From the NCBI GenBank assembly GCA_905178155.1, contig CAJINV010000001.1:1725904-1789903 (forward strand): a DNA stretch of 64,000 nucleotides, in the 5' to 3' direction. Made by a program: the position numbers and the translations under genes. Source of the stretch: Amoebophrya sp. A120 (taxonomy: Eukaryota; Protista; Dinoflagellata). The notes beneath the pieces were generated by a model, which was given only the letters and a program-made list of their open reading frames with translations, made no database searches and was not told where the DNA came from. Each line of letters opens with the position of its first letter. The first letter of the stretch is position 1. Below are positions 51,922-63,200 of this stretch, piece by piece.

Positions 51922-53076
51922 GGGAAAGTTCGGCGGTGGTCCACTCGCAGGATCAGTTGCGCCCACCGCAGCATGACGGTCATCATCTTGTGAGATTTGT
52001 AATATCCTTATTCATTCTGTAGTCCGTATGAATGGTGTTGATGTAGTTTACTCACTTCGTTTCGGGATTTTCTTTTTTTCACATTCCTAGGTACTTCTAC
52101 AGTTCTTGAAGTAAAAGATAGTCGCCAGTGTCGCTGGTTGTTGTAGTGCCAAGAAACAATAATCGATCGTCAGGACCACGAACTACAGTAATACTGTACA
52201 AGTTTTTTTGTTCCTCTTGGAACAATACATATTACCCATTCGCAAACAACTTATTTCGTTCATTTTCATCTTCTTTAGGTCGCACAGGCGGTATATCAAC
52301 ACATTTATTGTTCTTCAATGATGAGGCATAGTAGCAGAGTACTAACACTCAAGATGAAAACCAAAAGACTGGTCCATGATGAGCATGATTATTGTGCTTG
52401 TCGCACTCGCGGCTACAGTTATTTATATTTCAGTGTACTTCATCAGATCTTCCATGCATCGCTCCTCTACAACTTGATAGTGATACTAATAGTACCTAAT
52501 CGCATCTAGAAATCATGTGGCACTTCCTTTACAGCTGTCAAAAATTGGACTCCTCCTCGCTGCTGAAAGGATCGTAACATTGGTCCTCGCACTTGGAACG
52601 TAATTGGAACAGCATCGTACCATTTTGTAGTTTCAATGTTGAATACAAGAGTCATGAAGTAGTTCTCAACATATTTATTTCTCCTGGATTCAGGTTGTGG
52701 TGGCGGAGGCGGTTCTACAGTCTCAGGTCTTGTTCCCGTGATACCGAAATACTCAAACAAGCGTCATGTCGTTCCTGATGAATGGCAAGATGAAGGGGCG
52801 TGGTCTTATTTCAACAGAAACCTATCAATGAGAAAACAGCTGCGCCACTTGTTCCTCATTTCGCACTCGAGCTCAGTTCTTGTATTCTGTGGCTTGTTTT
52901 TCACTTCTCTCAATGATGTTGAACAGAGCGCATTGCCGCATTATTGTCGGCTCTCTGTGTTTGTATTGCCATGGTCTTGTTGTGAAGAATAGATACAACA
53001 TGTAGCTCGTGGCCCCACTACAACGAACTTCTTCCCATATTCATCTTCAGCATCGTTGTCCTCGTCCTACAACTAC

Positions 53077-53208
53077 ATGATGTAAAAAAATCCCCACTCA
53101 GTGCTTCCTTCGTTTGGCTGCGTTTCCAGCCTCACTCCTTTCTTCCAACTCATACCTGCTTGTTCCACATGATGTAAAAAAATCCTGACTCAGTGCTTCC
53201 TTCGTTTG
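53077..53208. repeat. ~91-bp tandem duplication of the 3' end of the upstream gene, containing the empty insertion site
   Basis: 53109-53168 matches 54413-54475; 53077-53116 matches 53168-53208. Confidence 0.85.
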
Positions 53209-56200
53209 CTAGAGCTTTAACACGCGTTAGCATGAGACGTGGTGAATCTCTAGTGAATTTGCATGACAAATAGCAGAGGAGACTGCCGGGACATTGTCCC
53301 TCTCGCCCTTCTGGGAAGAGCGGTCTGCACACCGCAGAACTCGCAGGTTATGCGGCGGACAGCTGGACATGGCCTGGGCGTCGTTCTTTGGCCATGTCTT
53401 TCTCTTTTCGTCTTCCTGTGATTGCAGAAGGGCAAGCACTGCAGCAGCCGCGGCAAAGACGCCAAAAACAAGAGCCACGAGGCACATACAGTTTAGGCAA
53501 GACGAAGGCGCGAAAACAAGGGTAAAAGGACCAGGCCAAGAGCTTTGACGCGTCTATCCGGCAGGCGCGTGGGCTCTCCAGGCCTTTTCGGCAGAATATG
53601 GAAGGGCTGAGGGCAACAGAGCGCGCTTGCCTTTTCCCCTCGGCCCGACTTCTCAGGGCCTACCTGCGCACTTTTTTGAGCACTTTTCTGCGCCGAAGTT
53701 TGCTTATCACGGTCGAAAAGGGGCGCCAGGTGAATTTTGGAGTGAATTTTGAAAAGGGCGCCGGTGAATTTTGGCCTCCGGCTCCTGTTCAAAATGCGCT
53801 AGCGCATGAGAAACTCCGGGTTTGGGGGCTTCAAAAAAGTGTCGCAAAAACAAAAAACCTCAAAATTCACCAAGAGAATTCTTGACCTGAGAGCCACGTC
53901 GAAAAAGACTTGCTCCGGGGGCAAAAACACGCCTGGGGAGTTGTAAGCCGAGCACCACACCAGGCCAAGCAAGCTAGTGCCCGTAGCCGAGTCGTGCCTT
54001 CCCTTCCAGTTCCACCCGAGGCTACTCCCAGATATCCAATTCCAAGCCACAACCACAACTCGTGAGAGCGTACGTGTTGAACTAGTGCCCCTGTGTTCAG
54101 GCGTCGCCCTCCCTCCCGACCATTCCGGAGAGGAACTTCTGAGGCAGACGCGCAGATGAACAAGAGCCCCACGATTCACCATCTTTGATGGTTACATATG
54201 CACTACACAGTCCGGCGGGCCCCCGCAAGACCACTTCTTTCGGTGCTGCAGGTGCCACTTGGCGACGAGCAGCCCTTCACGCTGCGTGGGCTGCTTGGGC
54301 TCGTCTCCATACGCAGCGCCCCTCTCTTTTATTAGTAAATGCAAGTCTGTCATGCAATACAAATTCACTGCAAATTCACCCTTCTGTATGCCAACGCCCG
54401 TGCAAGGCATAATTCGTTTGGCTGCGTTTCCACCAGCCTCGCTCTTTTCTTCCAATTCATACCTGCTTGTTCCACCCTGACCCTCCTTGTCCACCTTTGC
54501 GGCCCGTTTCTGACTACCCTTTCCGGTAGTACTAGAAGAGCTCTCTTTTCCACCTTTCTTCCCACTCCCCTTCTTCCCGTCTTTCTTCCCTGGTGCTCCC
54601 GATTCAGCAGTAGCTTTACCGGCGGACGAGGAGGAGAACAGTGAGTATGGAGCTGTGGAGGACGAGGAAGAAAATAAGGACACTTTTTTACCGCCGCCCT
54701 TGCTACCACCTCCCTTGCTCGAGGTCGTCGTGGCTAGAGACGCTGGTTTCCCCTTTCCCTTGGCGGAACTGCTAGTGGATGAAATGGTGGAGGACAAAAC
54801 TGCTCTCCTGCTTTCCATGAATCTCTTGAACTGCACAATTGGCTGGTCGGGTTTCACGCGCGGCCGGTACTCGTCCAGAACGGCGCGTTGAATCGGGCCC
54901 AGCAATTCGGCCCGGAATTTCGTGAGTAACCTGTCCCCAAAACGCGGATCCTTCAAAAAGGCGTCTAACCCAAACTCTTTGAACCAGAACCGCACCTCTT
55001 TCCCGCTCGGAACCAGTTATGAATTCCAAAAGTATCGCACTACTAGTAGTTATTGCAATACAAATTCGCTCAGCATTACAAATAAAATCTGTCATGCTGA
55101 TTTGCCTTGGAGACGAAATTTGTAATGCATGACTGCGATTACTACGAGTACGATACTTTTGCACAGGATACCAGTTCAAGATCGGCGATGTACTCTTCAA
55201 ATTCCGCCTCCGCGAGCGCCTCCTCTTCCTATCACAGGAAAAAGTGTCAACGGTTTTCACAAATTGCAGTCATGCATCACAAATGCAGCCCAACATGCAT
55301 GCTATGCATGACAAATTGTGACACGTCTTGTAATGCATTTCTGCATCATAAATTCCGTTAACGTTAACACTTTTTCTTGTGATACTTCCACGGCGCTTTT
55401 CACATTCACGTGGAGGCTCAGTTCGAAGTCTTGCAAGATATGCACTTTCCAAAAAATGACTTATATCGTACTGGTAGAGTACAACTTGCAATACAAATCA
55501 TTTTGGCATGAATAGTAGAAGTCCAATTTGTAATGCAAATGCAGAGTCAGGTCCGGAGACCACGGAGAGGGACTTGATGTCATTCTTGTCATACAAGAAG
55601 ATAAAGATTGCAAGTTTTAGTATGAGTCTACGATACTTACAACAAGTTTTGCGTCGAGGATACAAGACGAACTGCAGCAGGTTCGTGGAGAACAAAGGCG
55701 CGGCACCCGGGTGGGTTTTCTTCAAAAACTTTTCCCCCGCTGTCGTCTTCTCCAGCCCGTGCTTTTCCAGAAACGCCACCACCTCCGATTTGTTTGGTCG
55801 CCTGGAAAAGGGGCAGACCCAGCGTTTTTTGGTGATCAAGTTCGCAATCTCCTTGTATCCACAGAAAAAAACCCATCCACATCAATTTTTTGCATGACAA
55901 ACACATCACTTGATACGTGGTTTGCATGACAAATCGGATGTGGATCCGTTTTTTTCTGAGGATACCTTGTCCGCGGGGATCTTCGCAAGCAGCTCTTCCT
56001 TGTTGCCCTGCCGCTTCGCCATGTTCCGGACAAACTTGAGAAACCGGTGATCCATGGCGTTCTCCAGAATGTTGTTGTCCTTGTCGTAGTGCAGATCTTT
56101 CTCGTACCAGGGCTCAAACTCCGCCAGCACATCTGCGCGAAACCGGGGGTCGAACGCCCGCAGACAATCCGCGACGGCGAAACTCACGTGATTGGTCTTG

Positions 56201-59200
56201 CAGAAGGCGTATCAAATGCAAAAGTGTCTGGGTCTGGAAGAGTCATGCTGTTTTTGCATGACACAGAAGGTCTGGTATGGAAGCTCTAGCATCACAGGTT
56301 TCGCGAAGCGTTCGCAATGCCGAATCCGCATGGCAAATCCCTGATTTTGGTGACAGAAAGTAGGCAACTTTTGCTGCCTATGCATGAGAGATTTTTCTGT
56401 GTTCTGAAATGCGCATCACAAGTTTATATATATTCTTCCAGACCCAGACATTTTTGCACTTGATAAGGCGTCAATCTCCTCAAACATCGCTTCTTCGTCC
56501 TGTAGTTCTTGTTGATCGCGTTTAATATTTTGGAAATCAGAATTTTCTGGAACAAGATCCAAGCCGAGGACGTCCTCGACCGATCCATGCAGCTGAGAAC
56601 CTTCGTCTGCGGGTTGATGTCCTGCTCCCGGGTGGTCACCAGCACTCATCTCCAGGTCATCCTCATCGAACGCAAACAGCTGTCGCATTTTTTCCCGAAT
56701 CTGCCAGGGGTCGTAGCCCTTGCTCTCCATGAAATGGAGTGCGAACACCAGGAATTTCCGCGTCATTTCCGTTTCGTCCAATGCGGAGCTGTGTTCAAAG
56801 TCCGCCTCTTCCCCCGGCGCGTTGCCGTCAAAACTGTCCACGAGGTCCTGACGCAGGTTCCGCACCTTGGGCACCAGTTGGAGGATGGCGGCTATGCATT
56901 GCAAAAGTAGCGCACTAGTATAAATTGCATTACAACTTTTGGCAAGAAGAAAAATGGAATTTGTAATGCTGTTTTACCCTAGGAGGAAGATTTGTCATGC
57001 GTATTTGCAATAAGTACAAGTACGATACTTTTTCACAGCATAGCGGCAGCCTCCTCACCAAACAGGTTCCAGGTTTGCAGGAAATCTCGATACTGTGCTT
57101 GGATCTCTTCCACGGACTCCTCGCGGAGGTAGCTGAGAAAGCTGTGATTTGTTTGTTTGTTTTAGTTTAGTCACCCAGTATTAGTACTTCTACATTTTTA
57201 GTTGTCGCAGATGATGTTGGCATTATTCTTCTTCATCAATCATCTACTTCTTTCATCATGATATAATTTGCGGCACCTCGTCCCGCACCGCAACAGCAGC
57301 TCCTGGAAATAAAATTACATTTATCAATAATACTTTTCCTTCGTTGTCCCGATCGAATCCTCTTCGTTGGCTTCAAACTCCCTTAGCAAGCCGTCGACCG
57401 CCGCGGGGTCGGTCTGCTTCAAAGATATGAGCTGGGCAAGCTCGTCATCGCTCAGTTTTAGTTTGAAGAACTGCAGGAACCCTTGTACCGAGTAAACACC
57501 GTCGAAGGGTTTGTAGACAATGGTCTTCCTACTTTTATTCATCCCGACGTTCTTTTTTTTTTCCTTGTCTCGTTCTCCGTGAAGACGAACATCGTCCACC
57601 TCAAATGGGCTCGGGAGCGGTGGTTCATCTTCGCCTTCTGCGGAACACGACAAACTGGAACCGATATCATTCGAAAAAGGATTTGACCCGATTACCGACG
57701 TCTGCATGGGATCATATGCATTGCAAAAGTATCGCACTCGTATAAATGCATGACAAATTCACTCAGCATGAGAAATAAAATCTGTAATGCGGATTTACCT
57801 TAAGAAAAAAAATTGTAATGCATGACTGCAATTACTACGAGCACGATACTTGTGCGCAGGATAGATCATCTTGATCAACAAGAACGCCGGCCAAATTGGG
57901 ATTCTCGCCCCAGCCGCTGCCGTAGTTACTAGTATGATCATTCAGGGGATCTTCACGATCTTCTTGCTGCAGCTTCTCGTCAGTCGTGCGTGGTCGCTTG
58001 CGCTTTGGAAGCTCGAGGGGCAACAGACCTCCGCCCTGCGTGGTCCTTTGGCGGGACATAATATCATCTTCCTCGTCGTCCAAGCGAGATCGCTTCCGGG
58101 AAGACCTTGTTCCGTCTGCTGCTGAGCCGTCATGTTCTTTTTCCCGGACAACATTCTTCATCCGCGCTTCCTCCATGGCTAGCGCTTCCTTTTCTCTGTC
58201 AATTACCCCCACCACTTCCAGCGCACTGTCGTAGGCCTTGTTCATTTTTCCGTCCCGCACAATGGACATAAGCCGTCCCCTTAGGAAGGCGAGGAAGCAC
58301 TCGTTTACGTTGGCCGGGGGCGCGCGGAAGTCCCGGCAGCAGGACGTGCGGCTTTTGGCGTCCGTGTTGGACAAGATATGCTTGATGCCCAGGCGTATCA
58401 AATGTAAAAATGTCTGGGTCTGGAAGAATGCAACTTGCCATGCTGATTTTGGATACTAAAAAAGTCTGTATTGCATGAGCAGCAAAGCGAGTGCAAGTCT
58501 TGCTACACGGAAAGAGCATGTGTCATGCGGTATAGGCATCAGGAAGCCCTCACAAAATATGTGACGCTAGGGCATGCATCACAGACATCAGGAGTCATGC
58601 AAAATGTGCATGACAAACCTGGCAATCTTCCAGACCCAGACATTTTTACATTTGATAAGGCGCAGACTGTGTTTCTGCACGAAGTCGTGGATGTCCCTCT
58701 CGATTTGCTCGTGGTCGTTTGCCGGTTTAACCGCCGGAGCAAGATCATTATCGTCGACGTCGAGGAAGGACGCGCGCTGCCGCACAAAAGCCATGAACAA
58801 AGACGAGGGGTCGCGTGTCTCCCGGCGCGGTTTGAAGTTCTCCATGATGTTTCGCCGCGCGTCTGCCGGCAGCCGCCGGAGCGCACTTTCGCACTCCGGT
58901 CTAAGCTGGTTTCTGTGCACGAAGTCCGAGATCTCAGCCTCCGACGAGTGGTCTGAGTTTATTTGTTCATCAACAGCATGATTTCGCGCGGCCGAAGACG
59001 CGGCAGAGAAGGAGGATCGACGGGGGGCGGGAGCAGCATGGTCCAGAAGATCGTAGCGGGACGACGTCGCGGGTGTACTAGCAGCTGCTCCGGGTGGCGG
59101 AAGCACGCTGGTACTACCGGGCATAATTTTTCGCTTTTTCAGCCCCGCAACGAAGTTCGCCAGAAGGCGATCGGGGTCGCGGTGGCCTCCCGGTTGGAAG

Positions 59201-59619
59201 TGCGCAATCACGTGGGCGAGAAGAGGCGGAGGCAGGGTTTTGAGCAGAGCTTTGGACCTCTCATCCAGCATGTGCCGCTCCAAAAAGATATCCAGGAAAA
59301 AAACCCTATCCCAATCCATTTTGTGCATGAAGACAAGCACAGAATTTCATGCATGTTTTGCATCACAAATCGGATGGGTATGGGTGTTTTTTCCTGGATA
59401 AAATAAATCGCTCTCGACGAAGAGGCGGGGCTGGGTAAATTTCTGAAAAACCTTGTTGTAGTCCGTCACGTGCGGGTTGCTGGGACTAAAACTTGACATC
59501 ACGCGACTCTGTTGCTTGGGATCTAAGGCACGAAGAATAGCCTCGCTGTCCGCATTCAAGCCCCATCGCTTGATCCAGTCCTGGATGCTACCGTTTGTTG
59601 GAGGTGGAGCAGACGACAT
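53190..59619 (-). CDS. Protein with at least 7 ~50-aa helical repeats resembling the hnRNP-Q acidic/NURR domain; ten elements and one GT-AG intron
   Basis: Repeats such as LDERSKALLKTLPPPLLAHVIAHFQP...LLANFV and LRPECESALRRLPADARRNIMENFKP...PSSLFMAFV; every element join is in frame; domain identity is by eye. Confidence 0.7.
53209..54412. mobile_element. ~1.2 kb TIR element with an 8-bp flanking duplication and a GGGCGCC-rich core
   Basis: Imperfect ~60-bp TIR (GCGTTAGCAT...GGTGAAT...AGTGAATTTGCATGACA and its inverse); TTCGTTTG on both sides; empty site adjacent. Confidence 0.78.
55018..55170. mobile_element. Introner-like TIR element, family B
   Basis: Family B ends; duplication CCAGT. Confidence 0.92.
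55230..55384. mobile_element. Introner-like TIR element, family F
   Basis: TATCACAGGAAAAAGTGTCAACG...CGTTAACACTTTTTCTTGTGATA; duplication CTTCC. Confidence 0.92.
55439..55662. mobile_element. Introner-like TIR element, family B-like (diverged)
   Basis: TATGCAC...GAGGATA; duplication CAAGA; join LQFVL-QDFEL. Confidence 0.8.
55856..55964. mobile_element. Introner-like TIR element, family C
   Basis: Family C ends; duplication CCTTG. Confidence 0.92.
56210..56465. mobile_element. Introner-like TIR element, family A
   Basis: Family A ends; duplication AGGCG. Confidence 0.93.
56893..57042. mobile_element. Introner-like TIR element, family B
   Basis: Family B ends; duplication GCGGC. Confidence 0.92.
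57715..57863. mobile_element. Introner-like TIR element, family B
   Basis: Family B ends; duplication GATCA. Confidence 0.92.
58396..58657. mobile_element. Introner-like TIR element, family A
   Basis: Perfect long TIR; duplication AGGCG. Confidence 0.94.
59289..59400. mobile_element. Introner-like TIR element, family C
   Basis: Family C ends; flanks aaaga/aaata. Confidence 0.92.
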
Positions 59620-60220
59620 TCTGGATTTTCTCTGCGAGCGATAATATCACGCTCGGACAACTTATTTCGTCGAAAACACCTGACAGAAACTTTCTAGTAT
59701 AGGAGGAGAGCACTCTTTACCTTTCGTAGTTGAGATAGCGTTACGTAAAGCAGAGAGCTCTAATCTTCAACACTCGTGCTGGGACATTTTATTTTTTGCT
59801 TGTCGCTGGTCACAACAATCAGCACTCGTCTGACGTGACTTTTTTATTTGTTCAAAATGAGTCTATCACTTTCACTGTAGAGGATCTTCTACCTTCGCCA
59901 TCCATTCAACACAGTCAAAAAAAATCACAGAAAAATGAAAAAAAAAAAGAACTGAAGTTGGTTGATTCGATCGTTCTCAGTTTGCGTAATTGCAATTGGG
60001 ATCATGACCATCCTGTCGATCTGACGTGTCGTTCTTACAGACTGGGAACAACTGTGAAGGAGAATGGGCGTACCTGCTGTTGTAAAAGTACGCCGGCGTG
60101 TCAAGCGATTTCATAGTGCGACTTCTTTGCTTCTGGTGCTCGGCAAGAACTGTACTAGAATGGGTAGAGCATTTATTGCTTGTTTGTGATACTTGCGTTG
60201 CCCAAGAACGAGATTTCTTT

Positions 60221-63200
60221 TCACGAGCCTCCAAGAGCAGCGATATTTTTCGTGGCCATGGCAGAATAAACATCCACAGCCTCCGTGACGATCACAATAC
60301 GCTGTCTCTGGCACAACTCGTCCCGTATTGCCGGATCCACCTCCGGGCGGTCGACGTGGTTGATGTTTGTCTCGTTTTTAGAACAATTTCCGATCGGCGT
60401 TACAGCGCTGGCCCCCAGCTCAAGCCCTTCCTCGACTTCGTCTTCAAGAGAAGTCTTCTCATCTGGAGAAGCAGTAAAGCCTGCTTCTTGCAGTTCATCT
60501 ACGGAAGGAGCTGCACCACACGACGCACGGGGACAAGGTGCAGGTTCTGGACAAGTTTTATTTCCTTGTTCGTCCGGTTTCGAGGTTCTTTCGCGAAAAA
60601 TCAACTTGACCTCTCCGCGGAGCAGCAGCTTCGTGGGCTTCCACACCGGGTTTCCCTGGTGCGGACAGGCGTGAGGAAAGAGAAACAGCCGGCCCGGCCG
60701 GGGCCGCACTTTGTGCTGCACGTGAATTCGGTACTGGTTCTTCGGGCCGGGTAACTGGTCCAAAAGCACGGTCTCTCCACCGTTTGGAGAATTTGGAACA
60801 GTCGTGTTGCATCCTGTGCAAAAGTATTGTACTCGTACTAATTGCAATCTTGCATGACAAACCTACCTTCTTACCTGGCTTAGCATTACAAATTCCATTT
60901 TTCATTTCCTTCCTGATAAAATTTGTAATGCAATTTATACTAGTGCGATACTTTTGCAATGCATATATTGTCCACCAATTGAGTCAGTTGCGAAGTCTTG
61001 GTCGGTATGCAATGTAAATTTCCTGTACATGTACAAAATGCATGACAAATTTCGCTACCTTGCAGAGTCCAACTTGTCATGCTGAACTAGGATTGACGGC
61101 AAGTTTTGTCATGCAGAGACTGCATTTGTACGTGTACGGGAAATTTACTGTGGATAGTCGGGTACGCAGGGGTGGAAAATTGCTCAGCGGGCGCGGCGGG
61201 GGGTGGGGTTGAGGATGTTAAGGCTTTGAGTTGTTCTTTGCTCGACGTCGAATCTTGGGCCTCTTCTTGGCTGTCACGAAGTAGATGACTCAGAGTTCTT
61301 GCAGAAGACGCTGCAGAAGAAGTACTCGACGTTTGCTCACCTCGCTGCTCTTCCTGATCTCGATCTCCACCGCAGCTGTTTAGATACAAAATGAACGTGT
61401 GCGTGCTGGTCTGCCCGTTCTGATCCGTCCTCGACAGGTCGACGTGCGCCGGCACGCTGCTGGACACTTTGTCGTAGTACAGAAACCGCATGTGGGGGTA
61501 GAACACGCAGTCCAGTAAGTCCGGAATGCCGCAAAGACAGACCCGCCGCAGCGCCTCCCCGACCCAGTATTCCGAGTCGCTGAAAAACTTGCGGCGGTTA
61601 CACACGTATCAAGTGTAAAAGTGTCTGGGTCTGGAAGAATGCAGACTTGTCATGCAGGTTTTCCATGACCCATGAGGTCTCGTATGTAGGACATAGCATG
61701 ACAGATTCTGTGAGAGTTCTATCATGCCTATCCTGCATGAGAAACTGCCTCGCGATTATGTCAAAAGTGGCCAGCTTTTGGCAATCATGCAACACAGATT
61801 TTTGAATGATTCAGATTTCGCATGACAAGTTAGATTCTTCCAGACCCAGATATTTTTGCATTTGATAACACGACCGGCTTGGCGAACAGCTCGCGGGGTC
61901 GTGGACTCACAGGCGGAGAACTACAGCGCAGGGCACTACAGTTGCTCGGGCTTCCACTTATTTTCTCGGCTTTGGCTTGTTTGCCTACTCTGGAGCAGCG
62001 GCGTACTGTTGGGGATGTGGTCTTTTGTGCTTTTTCACATGGCACGAGATCTTTTTTTCGTTCATCTCCATGTTGTTGTTGGACCACTTCTCGCACTCGC
62101 AGCCTGCGACTTGGCATAAACCGGTCTCCCGTGAGCGACATGTCGTTGATTTCTTCTTCAGGAACATCTACATCAACACCTTTTTGCCGTGCAGCGTTAG
62201 CCGCAGATGAGGACGATGTCGCTTGTTCATCAGCTTCAACAAGAACTTCAACTTCCCGGGAACGATTTCTATCTCGTTCGCCCCCGCTCACGCTCTTACT
62301 TTCCATTATATCGGTCTCGGCTGCACGGCCGCTGTTTTTTCCAGGGTTAGGTGCCTCTGCGGACGATTGGTCGCCCGCAAGAGCAGCCGCCGCGTGGTCC
62401 AAATCTTCGGGCGGAAAGGGGAGTTGCGAGAAGAGAAAGGTGAGCAACTTCAAGAAGCTATTCGTGTACCAATTGTCCATTACATAGGCGTCCCCGAAAC
62501 TTTCGCTGTGCAAAGCCAGGGTCAGGGCGGATGGCTGCTGGTTCATCCTGCTCTGGTCGTCCACACGAGCACCGTCCTCTTGGTCTTGGTTCAACATCAC
62601 TTTCCCGCTTGTACAACCAGCCTGCACGACCTCTGCAGCACCCGCCACCACAGACGACGATTTTGTTTTTTCTCGCACATCAACATGATCTTCACACACA
62701 TCCGCAAAATGGTCGTCGTGTTGCTGCAGAACCGGAAAGTTCTTCAGCAGCAGGATGCACGTTTCATCTCCGGCTCGCTGCGTTGGCTTTGCGTTTATTT
62801 CCGGTGTAGAGCAACTAAGTGGATTTTTACACGGCCGCAGCAACGAACACGGCTTTGCGTCCGACGAGGCAGCGGGCGCGATTCCCAAAAACGCACCGGC
62901 TTGCTGCGAGTTTGTCGACAGCAAGGGAATGGTCATTCTCGCACCCCCTTCTGGAACTACAGCAGATGTTCCCGCAACGAGTGCCGGGGAAGATGAAGCC
63001 ACAAACGTTTTTTCGCTCAAATCCAAAACTGCAGCGTTGAGGTCGCTTGTTTCAACATTCGTGAAGATCGGCGGAAAAGAACTACGGGCAGTACTGGAAC
63101 TTGCAGCGGTGGACGACATCAAATTCTGCTGTTCTTTCGCATCATTTATCGGCTCGAGACGCAAGGGAGCCGGATGCGGAGCGTCAGAAGCTGTATTCAA

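Noticed and set aside
53209-54412. Autonomous transposase inside the 1.2 kb element
   Set aside because: Only short ORFs with no DDE or other recombinase motif are present.
13780-61867. Recurring peptides in the ORF track (KCKSVWVWK, SNAKMSGSG, LPDPDIF, YPGKN)
   Set aside because: They are translations of element TIRs in arbitrary frames, not a protein domain.
13780-61867. CRISPR-like array suggested by the repeated 30-mers
   Set aside because: The repeats are dispersed inverted pairs, not regularly spaced direct repeats; the context is eukaryotic and there are no cas genes.
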